The position numbers and the translations under genes were made by a program. Below are positions 48,584-60,038 of a stretch of DNA of 64,000 nucleotides, piece after piece. Source of the stretch: an uncultured candidate division Zixibacteria bacterium (lineage in GTDB: Bacteria; Zixibacteria; MSB-5A5; UBA10806; 4484-95); contig CAXXKA010000008.1 in NCBI GenBank assembly GCA_963668625.2, positions 256,001-320,000 of the forward strand. The letters are read 5' to 3'. Numbering within the stretch: the first letter of the stretch is position 1; every line of letters begins with the position of its first letter. Below the pieces are notes generated by a model. The model saw nothing but the letters and a program-made list of their open reading frames with translations, was not told where the DNA came from and ran no database searches.

Positions 48584-50227
48584 ATGGAATTCCTGAAAAA
48601 GAATTGGCCGCTAATAGCAAGTATCACAGTGCTATGGCTTATCGTAATCGTAATTTCTATCTATTCGGCGAATATCAATGACGGCAAATTTATTTATATC
48701 CTGGATGATCCTTACATCCATATGTCCATCGCAAAGAACATGGCCACTGATGGCAACTGGGGAGTAAATCCCGATCAGTTCTCGTCCTCATCATCCTCAC
48801 CGCTATGGACATTACTATTGGCCGGGCTTTTTAAACTTATGGGAGTGAACGAAATCATTCCACTAATAATCAACATCCTGGCAGCTACCTCGATACTGAT
48901 TCTAGCGCATATCTTCCTTCTCGGAAATGGTCTGGACAGACGTCTCATACTATTAACGCTGTTGATATTGCTCTGGGCAACCCCTTTGCCGTCCCTGATT
49001 TTCACCGGCCTCGAACATACGCTTTACGCCCTGATAGCTCTTATATTTCTACTGAAAAGCTCGTGCTATCTGGCAAGATTAAGATATACTGATAGTGAAC
49101 TCCCGCCGGTCGGCTCGTCTCCCTCGTTTTACGGGCTGTTAATACTTTCGGCTCTTTTAAGCGCCGTTCGCTATGAGGGATTGTTAATGATTTTTGTCGT
49201 ATGCGTGTATCTTTTCGTTCTTGGAAAACTATGGCGTGCGATCGCGCTGGGATTGACCTCCTTAATACCTGCGACTATCATGGGAGTAATAGCAACCTCG
49301 CATGGATGGTACTTCTTGCCTAATTCGGTGTTACTCAAAGGTGGCTTTCCCGATTTCAGTTCTTTTCGAGGCGTTGTCACATTTCTGGCCCAGGATGTTA
49401 TTCGCCTGTTTGATATTCATGCCCTGTTAATCCTGGTAATAATGGCATTAGCATTATATCTAGCAAACCGCTTTACCGGACGAATCAAGCCGGGCTATCA
49501 TATTCAGGCGCTGGTTATATTCATGTTTACCGTCTGGTTTCACCTTCAATTTGCCGATATTGGCTGGTATTTCCGTTACGAAGCTTACCTGATCACGTTG
49601 GGAATATTAGCGGTTATGATAACCTTGCCCAATATTAGGATAGATTTCAGCCTGAACGGTAGCGCCATTCGCAAACCATCCTCGATTATAGCCCTGACGG
49701 CGCTGGCAATACTGATTATAAGCCCCTTTTTCATAAGGGGCGGTTACTCGATATATTTTATGCGCACCTGTACCCACAATATCTATAGCCAGCAATACCA
49801 GATGGGGCTTTTTCTAGAGCGCTACTATAATAACCTGCCCGTGGTACTCAACGATATCGGCGCAGCCAGTTTCCTTTCCCGTACTAAAGTTGTCGATATC
49901 TGGGGGCTGGCGGACAAAGATGTTGCAGCCTCGATTTTTAAAAAACAGTACACGATAGAATCGATCGATAGTCTCGCTCGAGCTCGCGGCGCTCGGCTCG
50001 CACTGGTTTATGAAAATATTAATCGCATGTACAATGCCGGAGGAATACCCCCGAGCTGGCAGAAAGCTGGCTCCTGGACTATTCCGAATAATTCCGCCTG
50101 CTATAACGAGACGGTAACGTTTTACGCCATAGACAACACGGCTAAGACGGAAATCCAAAATCAGCTGATAGAGTATGCCCCGAAATTACCCCCGGATGTC
50201 AACTGGCAAATAATGAATAATGAATAG
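48584..50227 (+). CDS. Polytopic membrane protein, probable GT-C-fold glycosyltransferase
   Basis: LDDPYIH after TM1, SSSPLWTLL, GLEH, RYEG, many TM helices, soluble C-terminal domain. Confidence 0.65.
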   Translation: MEFLKKNWPLIASITVLWLIVIVISIYSANINDGKFIYILDDPYIHMSIAKNMATDGNWGVNPDQFSSSSSSPLWTLLLAGLFKLMGVNEIIPLIINILAATSILILAHIFLLGNGLDRRLILLTLLILLWATPLPSLIFTGLEHTLYALIALIFLLKSSCYLARLRYTDSELPPVGSSPSFYGLLILSALLSAVRYEGLLMIFVVCVYLFVLGKLWRAIALGLTSLIPATIMGVIATSHGWYFLPNSVLLKGGFPDFSSFRGVVTFLAQDVIRLFDIHALLILVIMALALYLANRFTGRIKPGYHIQALVIFMFTVWFHLQFADIGWYFRYEAYLITLGILAVMITLPNIRIDFSLNGSAIRKPSSIIALTALAILIISPFFIRGGYSIYFMRTCTHNIYSQQYQMGLFLERYYNNLPVVLNDIGAASFLSRTKVVDIWGLADKDVAASIFKKQYTIESIDSLARARGARLALVYENINRMYNAGGIPPSWQKAGSWTIPNNSACYNETVTFYAIDNTAKTEIQNQLIEYAPKLPPDVNWQIMNNE

Positions 50228-50320
50228 TGAATAAATTAGAAAAAAATTCTGCCTGATCGTATACGACTACGTATAGAAATGTAAAACGTAACATAATACC
50301 AGTTAGAAGAGGTGTATATC

Positions 50321-51250
50321 ATGATAAAAAGTAGCGATCTTTTTTCCCGGACATTACCTCAGAGTATCGGTGGCAAGATAGTTAATTTTCCGCTCATGAG
50401 AATTCTAATTTCCTTATTGTTTATCGCGCCTGTTTTTATTCTTCATAATTTGGCCGATAAATTAATCAAACAAATACCTGATCCCACGTCGGAATGGGTG
50501 CGACATTTTGAATCACTGATAATGATAATCCTGTTTATTATCGCCTATACCATGTACACGAAATATATCGAAAATAGATCAGCGCACGAGTTTTCCTCAA
50601 CCGGAGCGGTTCGGGAATTCGGTATCGGGTGTGCATTCGGAATGGGATTGATAGCTCTGGTGGTTGGCGTGCTGATCATTCCCGGCTATATCAGGTTTTC
50701 GGGAGCTAATAGCCCGCTCATTTTGCTTTCCGGCTTTTTCATGTTCGGCATACTCGCCTTTATCGAGGAGTTGCTATTCAGGCTGATACTTTTCAGATTG
50801 TTCGAGGAACTGCTTGGCAGTTGGATATCCATTATTCTGGTAGCGTTGCTTTTCGGAATAGCACATCTTGGAAACGAAAATGCCAGCATATTCAATTCTC
50901 TGGCAATAGCTCTCGAGGCCGGTATACTGATAGCTGCAGCTTTCATGCTAACCCGTCGGATATGGCTGATATTCGGCCTTCACCTGGGCTGGAACTATAT
51001 GCAATCAGGCGTTTTCGGCATTACCGTATCCGGTGAGGCCATCGATGGATTCCTGGTGCCACAAGTAGCCGGACCGAGAATTCTAACCGGAGGTGAATTC
51101 GGTGTGGAGGGTTCGCTAATCGCTGTAATCATATGTATGGCGGCTGGTATATATCTATCATATAGAGCACTCAATGCCGGACAGGTAGTTAAGCCCCTAT
51201 GGCGTCGCAATAAAACTGATTTTAATATCGAGCAAAGCTTGACAGAATAA
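50321..51250 (+). CDS. CPBP (CAAX/Abi) intramembrane metalloprotease
   Basis: EELLFR, FGIAH, HLGWN, GGEFGVEGS. Confidence 0.9.
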   Translation: MIKSSDLFSRTLPQSIGGKIVNFPLMRILISLLFIAPVFILHNLADKLIKQIPDPTSEWVRHFESLIMIILFIIAYTMYTKYIENRSAHEFSSTGAVREFGIGCAFGMGLIALVVGVLIIPGYIRFSGANSPLILLSGFFMFGILAFIEELLFRLILFRLFEELLGSWISIILVALLFGIAHLGNENASIFNSLAIALEAGILIAAAFMLTRRIWLIFGLHLGWNYMQSGVFGITVSGEAIDGFLVPQVAGPRILTGGEFGVEGSLIAVIICMAAGIYLSYRALNAGQVVKPLWRRNKTDFNIEQSLTE

Positions 51251-51380
51251 GCAGTTATATCTTAAAGCTACCGCATTAAACATCATTCTTTACTATCAGT
51301 ATTAAATCGCGTATATTCTTGCTGAATTTTAGGGAAACTGGGTAATTCAGCCCGGATTCCGTTTTTAGATGTAATAATAA

Positions 51381-52787
<1,407 letters not shown>

Positions 52788-52821
52788 GAATAATAGAACA
52801 CGTTTTAACATTTCAAATAAC

Positions 52822-52858
52822 GGTGCCCATCCCCGCTATAAAGCGGGGGTGGGATACT
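52822..52858 (+). terminator. Strong hairpin after tpl (terminator or REP-like)
   Basis: CCCATCCCCGCT-ATAA-AGCGGGGGTGGG; no clear U tract. Confidence 0.5.
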
Positions 52859-53079
52859 ATGAATTTCAAACCAGGTTAATGAACGCTTCCATCTATCTAA
52901 ATTGCGTACAACCATAATTACCACATAACCCATTACTATATATATCAATATTCACTATTTGGTCTCGCTCCCCTTAACATATCGCTCATTATTTCGGCTC
53001 TTTATTGAAGCCCTCGCAATATAATTACGATAATGTTTATAGGGATATTAATTCCTGTCAAATTTTAAATGAGAGTAAT

Positions 53080-53703
53080 ATGATAAAAACCGAAAGAACC
53101 GCAGATAATCAGCTGAGCCCGGCGCTGGCTAAACTCGGGGAAAACATCGAAATATCTTTTACGGATGATAATACTATCCAATTCGTCATGTCATCCGAAC
53201 ATAAGGCGGATAATATCTTCTCCCCGGATATTATCCAAAAAATATTCGCCCAACTAATTCTCCGAGCCAACGGCTTTTTTACGAAAGAAATGTCGTTACA
53301 ACTTCAGAACCCGGCCAACCTGCATATCGTAAAAGAGGAGTCATTCGAGACTAAACCGATTTCCTCATGGATAATCATATCGGGTGCGTTCAAAGGGCTC
53401 TTCATTTTCAGTTATGAGAACAAACTGGCCGAGTACGTGCTCAACAGGTTCATAACCGATCAAATCGGTGAGGATGAATACCATGAGCTACTGCAGGATA
53501 TGATCTCCGAGATTACCAATATCATTTCTGGAGGCGCCTCCGACCTGATACACGATTCCATGGGGAACTCGATTCTGGAAGTACCGGTGACCGTAGTGGA
53601 CAATAAGCTAAAATGCCTTTGTGACCAGGCCGAGTTTATGTCATACCACGGGCTCACCAACAGGGGATATTTCGAAATCACCACGATGGTTTCGAATACT
53701 TAA
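53080..53703 (+). CDS. CheX-like phosphatase domain protein
   Basis: IIISGAFKG.F.FS, DMISEITNIISG (ExxN), adjacent to a CheY-like gene; start uncertain. Confidence 0.7.
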   Translation: MIKTERTADNQLSPALAKLGENIEISFTDDNTIQFVMSSEHKADNIFSPDIIQKIFAQLILRANGFFTKEMSLQLQNPANLHIVKEESFETKPISSWIIISGAFKGLFIFSYENKLAEYVLNRFITDQIGEDEYHELLQDMISEITNIISGGASDLIHDSMGNSILEVPVTVVDNKLKCLCDQAEFMSYHGLTNRGYFEITTMVSNT

Positions 53704-53736
53704 AGCGAATATAATTATTTCGATAAGGAGTTAAAG

Positions 53737-54102
53737 ATGGCGACCGTGTTAGTCGTTGATGATTCTAAAGTGATGCGACGAAGTATAAAATCCGTTATCG
53801 CCCAGGCCGGACACAAGGTTATAGGTGAGGCCGAAAACGGTCAATTGGCTTATGAAGCATACTCTGAACTAAAACCGGATGTTGTTACTATGGATGTCGC
53901 CATGCCGGTTATGGATGGTGTCGAGGCTGCTCAGAGAATACTCAAATCCTTTCCCGAGGCTAATATCATTATGGTAAGCGCCCAGAACCAGGAGGATTTA
54001 ATCATCCAGGCGGCTAAGGCCGGCATAAAAAACTATTTCCTAAAACCACTACAAGCCGAAAAAGTCAAACAAATTCTAGATAGTATCGCCGAACTAACCT
54101 AG
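53737..54102 (+). CDS. CheY-like single-domain response regulator
   Basis: VLVVDDS, PDVVTMD..MPVMDG, VSA, LKP. Confidence 0.93.
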   Translation: MATVLVVDDSKVMRRSIKSVIAQAGHKVIGEAENGQLAYEAYSELKPDVVTMDVAMPVMDGVEAAQRILKSFPEANIIMVSAQNQEDLIIQAAKAGIKNYFLKPLQAEKVKQILDSIAELT

Positions 54103-54444
54103 CCATGCAAAACAGGTAACAGGCGATACTATAGACTGATAATTTCTCATATAATACTATCAAGTAGCCTTTAACTGATTAATATTACCACCCACTACCA
54201 GGATTCACAATAATTCCCGAGAGAGACAAACACTTTATATAAAGATTATTAATATCCTATAATTTGGTATTCGGCTGAATCTCAGATCAGATTGGTAATT
54301 ACCATTCAGAAACAATTACTTTAAGAAATTGGCACTTAATTTTGGAATAATTGCATGTTGGCAACAATACTATTTATTATATAGTAAAATGAATAATTAT
54401 TACTTAATTACGATGAGTAACTTGAAAGAATGAGGTATCGCTGA

Positions 54445-55482
54445 ATGAAGTATGTAGTCACCGGCGGGGCAGGGTTTCTGGGAATCAATCTGGTACGTTA
54501 TTTATTAGCTAAAGAGCAGCATGTAACATCGCTGGATATACAGCCGTTTACTTACTCGGACTGTAAGGATAAAATAAGGGTAATAGATGGAGATATTCGT
54601 AATCGGGATGATGTTCGCAAGGCTTATAGGGATGCCGATATTGTAGTGCACTCCGCAGCCGCTTTACCGCTGTATAAACCCGAGGATATATATTCAACCA
54701 ATATTGAGGGAACGAGGATAGTTTTCGATGAGGCTATGAAACTCGGCGTTAAGCGGGTAATTCATATTTCATCCACCTCTGTTTATGGCATTCCCGACCA
54801 TCACCCCCTGGTAGAAACAGACCAAATGTACTGTGTCGGTCCCTACGGCGAAACCAAGGTGGAGGCCGAAAGAATCGCATTAGAATATCGGGAAAAGGGT
54901 TTATGCTTACCAATTATCCGTCCCAAATCGTTTATCGGTCCGGAGAGACTCGGAGTTTTCGCCATTTTCTACGAATGGGCTAGAGATGGTCATGGCTTCC
55001 CGATTCTCGGTAAGGGAAATAATCTTTATCAATACCTCGATGTCGAGGATTTGTGCGATGCTATATGGGCAACCGCGACACTGCCCGCGAATGTCGTGAA
55101 CGATACGTTTAATATTGGCGCTAAAGTATACGGCACACCGAGAACCGATTTTCAGGCGGTGTTGGATCATGCCGGTCATGGTAAGAAAGTCGTATCCATA
55201 CCGGAGGCTCCGGCAATAGCGGCATTAAGAATGTTGGAATTTCTTCACCTCTCGCCGCTTTATAAATGGATATATGAAACAGCCGGTAAAGAATCGTTCG
55301 TTTCAATCGAAAAAGCCGAAAAGGTGCTGGGCTATGCCCCCAAATACTCAAATCAGGATGCCTTAATCAGAAATTACGAGTGGTATATTCAAAATTGCGA
55401 TTCTCTGGGAAGCGGCTCAGGTGTAACACATCGTATACCCTGGGGACAGGGAGCTTTAAAACTGGCTAAAAATTTCTTCTAA
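54445..55482 (+). CDS. NAD-dependent epimerase/dehydratase (extended SDR)
   Basis: [20 protein letters not shown]. Confidence 0.9.
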   Translation: MKYVVTGGAGFLGINLVRYLLAKEQHVTSLDIQPFTYSDCKDKIRVIDGDIRNRDDVRKAYRDADIVVHSAAALPLYKPEDIYSTNIEGTRIVFDEAMKLGVKRVIHISSTSVYGIPDHHPLVETDQMYCVGPYGETKVEAERIALEYREKGLCLPIIRPKSFIGPERLGVFAIFYEWARDGHGFPILGKGNNLYQYLDVEDLCDAIWATATLPANVVNDTFNIGAKVYGTPRTDFQAVLDHAGHGKKVVSIPEAPAIAALRMLEFLHLSPLYKWIYETAGKESFVSIEKAEKVLGYAPKYSNQDALIRNYEWYIQNCDSLGSGSGVTHRIPWGQGALKLAKNFF

Positions 55483-55713
55483 GGTTAGTGATACCCTGCC
55501 TGAAATAGTCAGGATTAAAATATCAAGAACGCTATCATAAATCAAACATTCCCGATAAATATCGGGAACGTTTATTGTGCTTCCGGTAACTTATTTACCC
55601 GACTGAAGCCAACCGATATCTAAAACTCATATAATTATACTGGAACAATCATGTTATAAATAGTAGTATTAGGTAATGTACACATAACACCAGCAATAAC
55701 TCAGGAGTGAGCT

Positions 55714-56520
55714 ATGCAATACTATAGAAAATACCTCTTTTTATCGTTACCGGTTATTTTAGTTATAATAGCCTGCTCGACCGTTCCGATGACCGGCAGG
55801 AAACAGCTAAATATCATCCCGGAATCGCAGATCAACTCCATGAGCTTCAACCAGTATGATGAGTTCATCAACACGCATAAGTTAAGCGACAACCAAGCTC
55901 AAACAGACATGGTCAAGCGGGTAGGACAAAAGATCCAGGCGGCGGTAGAGCAATATTTCGCACAGGAGGGAATGTCCTCGAAACTTCGCAATTACCGGTG
56001 GGAGTTCAACCTGGTCGAGGATTCGCTGGTAAACGCCTGGTGCATGCCCGGTGGTAAGGTAGTTGTCTATACCGGTATTCTACCGCTAACACGCGATGAG
56101 AAGGGGTTGGCCGTAGTCATGGGACACGAGATCGCCCACGCAATCGCCCAGCATGGCAGCGAACGTATGAGTCAGGGGCTGGTTACGGAGTTCGGCGGCA
56201 TGGCTCTTTCAAAAGCTATCGAGGATAAACCCGAGGAGACACGGAACCTGTATATGTCGGCATTCGGTTTGGGCGCTCAACTGGGTGTACTTCTGCCCTA
56301 TAGCCGTCTTCATGAAAGCGAAGCAGATCATCTGGGGCTTATTTTCATGGCGATGGCCGGTTACGACCCACATGTTGCGGTGGATTTCTGGTCTCGTATG
56401 GCCGAGATGAAAGACGGCGCAGCGCCACCGGAATTTTTAAGCACACATCCCTCGGATCAGACCAGGATAAATGATATAAAAAACCTTCTGCCCGAGGCTA
56501 TGACATACTACGAGAATTAA
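55714..56520 (+). CDS. M48 family metallopeptidase lipoprotein
   Basis: Lipobox IIAC, NAWCMPGGK, GHEIAH, ESEAD, STHP. Confidence 0.93.
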   Translation: MQYYRKYLFLSLPVILVIIACSTVPMTGRKQLNIIPESQINSMSFNQYDEFINTHKLSDNQAQTDMVKRVGQKIQAAVEQYFAQEGMSSKLRNYRWEFNLVEDSLVNAWCMPGGKVVVYTGILPLTRDEKGLAVVMGHEIAHAIAQHGSERMSQGLVTEFGGMALSKAIEDKPEETRNLYMSAFGLGAQLGVLLPYSRLHESEADHLGLIFMAMAGYDPHVAVDFWSRMAEMKDGAAPPEFLSTHPSDQTRINDIKNLLPEAMTYYEN

Positions 56521-56569
56521 GCTGATAGAGAAAACGACAGCCTTGAAAAAATTTCAACAGGAGTAACCG

Positions 56570-57048
56570 ATGCGATATATCGCAACTATTATGATCCTGG
56601 CTTTCGCGGTACTGATAACCAGGGAGTCACCGGGGACAACATTCTGCCCGATATCAACGACCTTTCATGGTTAGAGGGAAATTGGCGCGGAGATTTCGAG
56701 GGTAATCCATTCGAATGTTATTATACCTCTCCGAAGGGCGGGGAAATTCTGAGTGTAAGCAAAGAATTCCATGAGGATAAACCTTGTTTCATAGAATTCG
56801 AGAAATTCTCGCAATCGAATAACACTATAATCATGACACCTTACCCGGCCGGTAAGCAAAGTGTTAATTTTACACTTACCGATTACGACCGCTCGATTAA
56901 ATCAGCCAAGTTCGTAAATCGCGAGCACGATTTCCCGACTGAGATTATCTACGAGATAACATCCGGTGGTAAAATGAAAATCACCGTAGCAGGAGATCAT
57001 GCTGGCAAACGTATGGAGTTAATAGTTAGTCTCGAAAAAGAAAAATAG
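56570..57048 (+). pseudogene. DUF6265-like secreted protein, frameshifted near 56620 (pseudogene or sequencing error)
   Basis: SD AGGAG and ATG 56570 give signal peptide MRYIATIMILAFAVLIT, then an early stop. The -1 frame reads DLSWLEGNWRG..SPKGG..FVNREHDFPTEIIY to 57048. Confidence 0.7.
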
Positions 57049-57310
57049 AATTACTGTTTTCATGATAATTGATCCCGCAACGGAATAGTTCCGACAACAA
57101 TATCTCTATCATATAACCAGTATCCCGTTTATAAATACACGGTCATGACTTACGCCTGGCATAAATGGCAACGATTTTGTATTAACCGATTAGAAATTCA
57201 TATAAGCTTATATGCATCTCATTATTCGCAAAAAACAATCCTCTCGTACTCAAGCGCTTCTCAACGAGAAGGTAAATCAGGGACACTAATGATATCGCAT
57301 ATAAGAAAAC

Positions 57311-57333
57311 ATCGCGAGATATTAACTCGCGAT
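57311..57333. terminator. Hairpin between convergent genes
   Basis: ATCGCGAG-ATATTAA-CTCGCGAT. Confidence 0.4.
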
Positions 57334-57391
57334 GAATCATAATCATAATATTAGTAATTCTCGAAAAAACTTAGCGGAAACTCCGCATCTA

Positions 57392-59035
57392 TCAATCCTC
57401 GATATCAGTCGATAATTTAAAACGCAATATCCTGTTATTACCACTATCGGAAATATACACGGTTCGTCTATCGGCGAAATAATCGTAGGCTATTCCGCGA
57501 GGATGGTTCATATATCCCTCGCTGACCATTGTGGAATCACCGAGCACACCCCAGGATTCCAGGAAATCACCGCCGGGGCCGAATTTGTAGGCGCATAATG
57601 AATCGCCGGAGACCGTATCGGGTGAGCAGACAATATAGATATTGCCGGAGGGATCGACAGTGGCCGCGTTAGGCCGTATATCCAAATTCTCATCAAGATA
57701 CAAATCTACTTCAGGGCCGGGAGTAATCGCCGCCTGGAAATATTGAACATGATAATATGAGTTAATATACCAGCTAAGTAACTGGGTTTTGAAACTCGAG
57801 GAATCCTGCGTCGACAGGAGAAACAAACCGTCGCTTTTTAAAAACGCGGTAATCCCATTAGGATGGTCGGTATAGCTCACTCCGGTACCGTAATCAACGA
57901 TCGGATTATGTGCCGTATCGGGCACATTCGGATCGGCGCCGGCTATCGCGAATTCGGAAGCGACCATGTAGTCGCTATCGTATTCGAGATCGGCAAAACC
58001 GAAAAACATATAAACCTGACCGGTACCATCGAGAAGGCTATCGTAGCCACAGGCTAAATATGTTTTGTCATCGGTAGGCATATCGCTGATATCGGTGAAT
58101 ATGAAATTGTCGGTTATCATTGAATCCGCCGTCGGATTATCAGCCGTAAAACAGATCACCGGCTCACCGTCACCGCCGGGGCCGACATCTATTTTGTAAA
58201 TATCGCTGGTGCCGTTCACTACCAGCAAATGAAGAACCTCGTTCTGGCTAATGCCAGTCGGATGAGGAACATCATAGGTATCGTGGATGGTACCCGCGGC
58301 ATCCAGACGTACGATTCGATTGTTACCGGTGTCGCAAACATACAGATACGTATCCAGTCCGATCAGCATATTGCCCGGGTTCAAGAAACTATAACCATTG
58401 TCATCATCCCATGGCGGATTAAGCTGTATGAAAGTCGTATCGGAGAGCCCGGCTAAAACATCCTGAAGCTTTATGCCGATCTGAACCGACTGTGCGCCCG
58501 AGGGAGGCGTTATCGAGGCAGTCAGAAGTTGCCATTCGCTGGAATTAGCGGAAATCGCGGCCCCACTCGGGGTATCATTATCCCAATAATACATCAACTG
58601 CGCCTGACCGCCTTCATCGTTATCGTATACGTAAATACTACATGTATAAGTCATCTCATCATCAACCGGTATGGGATCACTTTTGATAGTCAGGTCGGAT
58701 TCGGAAATCCAGTATAACTGCGCGCTGTAATCACCGCCATTAACAATTGCTTCTTCCCTGTTGGCGAACAAAGAATCGGATGATAGCTCCCAATCCGACA
58801 GTTCATAATAAGTAGTGCTATCGACTGTTTCCTCCACCCAGGTTTCCATATCGCCGTTACTAATTAGCTGTTCATAGTTCTGGGTATTGGGATTAATCCC
58901 CCATAAAACGGCGTCATCGATATAAACAGCAGCGCTTTCGAATCTAGTTTCCTGAGGACGGGATATTTTCTCTCCACAAGAAAGGATTAAAAACACGATC
59001 ATCATAACCGATACTAATGCTAAAACGTATTTCAT
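57392..59035 (-). CDS. Lipoprotein with carbohydrate-binding-like domain and NHL-repeat propeller
   Basis: Lipobox ILSC, LISNGDMETW (CBM4/9-like start), YVCDTGNNRI and YISDSGNNRI NHL repeats. Confidence 0.75.
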   Translation of the reverse strand: MKYVLALVSVMMIVFLILSCGEKISRPQETRFESAAVYIDDAVLWGINPNTQNYEQLISNGDMETWVEETVDSTTYYELSDWELSSDSLFANREEAIVNGGDYSAQLYWISESDLTIKSDPIPVDDEMTYTCSIYVYDNDEGGQAQLMYYWDNDTPSGAAISANSSEWQLLTASITPPSGAQSVQIGIKLQDVLAGLSDTTFIQLNPPWDDDNGYSFLNPGNMLIGLDTYLYVCDTGNNRIVRLDAAGTIHDTYDVPHPTGISQNEVLHLLVVNGTSDIYKIDVGPGGDGEPVICFTADNPTADSMITDNFIFTDISDMPTDDKTYLACGYDSLLDGTGQVYMFFGFADLEYDSDYMVASEFAIAGADPNVPDTAHNPIVDYGTGVSYTDHPNGITAFLKSDGLFLLSTQDSSSFKTQLLSWYINSYYHVQYFQAAITPGPEVDLYLDENLDIRPNAATVDPSGNIYIVCSPDTVSGDSLCAYKFGPGGDFLESWGVLGDSTMVSEGYMNHPRGIAYDYFADRRTVYISDSGNNRILRFKLSTDIED

Positions 59036-59039
59036 CGAA

Positions 59040-60038
59040 CTAATACTCCAATACCACCGAGAAAATGTTAGTGCCGCCGAGATCTTTCATGTCGGTATAA
59101 GCGAAATCCAGAAGCGCGTTAAAACCCGAGGCGTTTATTTTAAGCCCGGCGCCCAGCGAGAAATTTTCGACCGAGGAGTTGAACAGGTAACCGCCCCTGA
59201 GAAAGAGCATATCCTGGTAGCCGTATTCGACACCCATCGCGATATTTTCGGCGTTGTCTGTTGGATGGTTTAACTGTGTCGCCCAGGTAAGCTTTCCGTT
59301 GTCGGTCGTCAGCGGATCGAAAGCCGCCGAAAGCTTGAACACGGTTGGCGAGGAGAACGACTGGTAATCTTTCTCGATCCACTCACCGGATACTGTTTTA
59401 TACCGGAAAGAACCTTCAGGCTTAATCCTGCCCCCGAAATTCGACATATTAATAGCGAAACGAGTTGCGTAAAAATCGGTCTGATACAGAGTGCCGAGAT
59501 CGAACATCAAGGCGCGCATCTTCAAATCGTCCAAGTTTTCCTGCGCGAATTTGATAGTAAGCCCGCAGGAGAAATATTCCGTAAGTCTGATAGCGTATGT
59601 CAACCCGGCCGCAAAATCGGAATAGTCGAACATCTCGCCATTACCGGTCGGATTGTACTCGTCGGTCATCTCGAACGAGTCGGTTCCCAGGGTAATCAAG
59701 TAGGCTCCCAGCACATTCGAGTCATCCAGATGTTTGGTAACCCCGAAAAAACTATGCTTGAACTCTACTACCCATTGACGGTAGGCGAATCCGAAACCAT
59801 CCCTGTCATTGAAAGCGATACCGGCGGGATTGTGGTACAGTGCGAAAGCATCCGTAGCCGTTGCGGTGTAGGCTCCAGCCAGGGAGGCCGCCCTGGCGCC
59901 AACCCCGATTTTCAAAAATGTCATGGCTGAGGTGCCGGAACGCTCCTCGCCCAGGCTGGGGAAAATGTTGCCGGCGTTTGCTGATGAGATAGCCATGATA
60001 ATCAGCAGTACAGTTATAATTCTCGTAACTTTTACCAT
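59040..60038 (-). CDS. PorV/PorQ-family outer-membrane barrel
   Basis: FLKIGVGARA.SL.GA, NPAGIA, DLGTLY, GVEY, LRGGY, DFAY, terminal aromatic residue. Confidence 0.85.
   Translation of the reverse strand: MVKVTRIITVLLIIMAISSANAGNIFPSLGEERSGTSAMTFLKIGVGARAASLAGAYTATATDAFALYHNPAGIAFNDRDGFGFAYRQWVVEFKHSFFGVTKHLDDSNVLGAYLITLGTDSFEMTDEYNPTGNGEMFDYSDFAAGLTYAIRLTEYFSCGLTIKFAQENLDDLKMRALMFDLGTLYQTDFYATRFAINMSNFGGRIKPEGSFRYKTVSGEWIEKDYQSFSSPTVFKLSAAFDPLTTDNGKLTWATQLNHPTDNAENIAMGVEYGYQDMLFLRGGYLFNSSVENFSLGAGLKINASGFNALLDFAYTDMKDLGGTNIFSVVLEY

Noticed and set aside
57145-57342. 65-aa ORF and a sigma54-like TGGCAACGATTTTGTA motif near 57166
   Set aside because: The -12 GC is absent, no plus-strand gene follows, and the ORF has no SD or motif.
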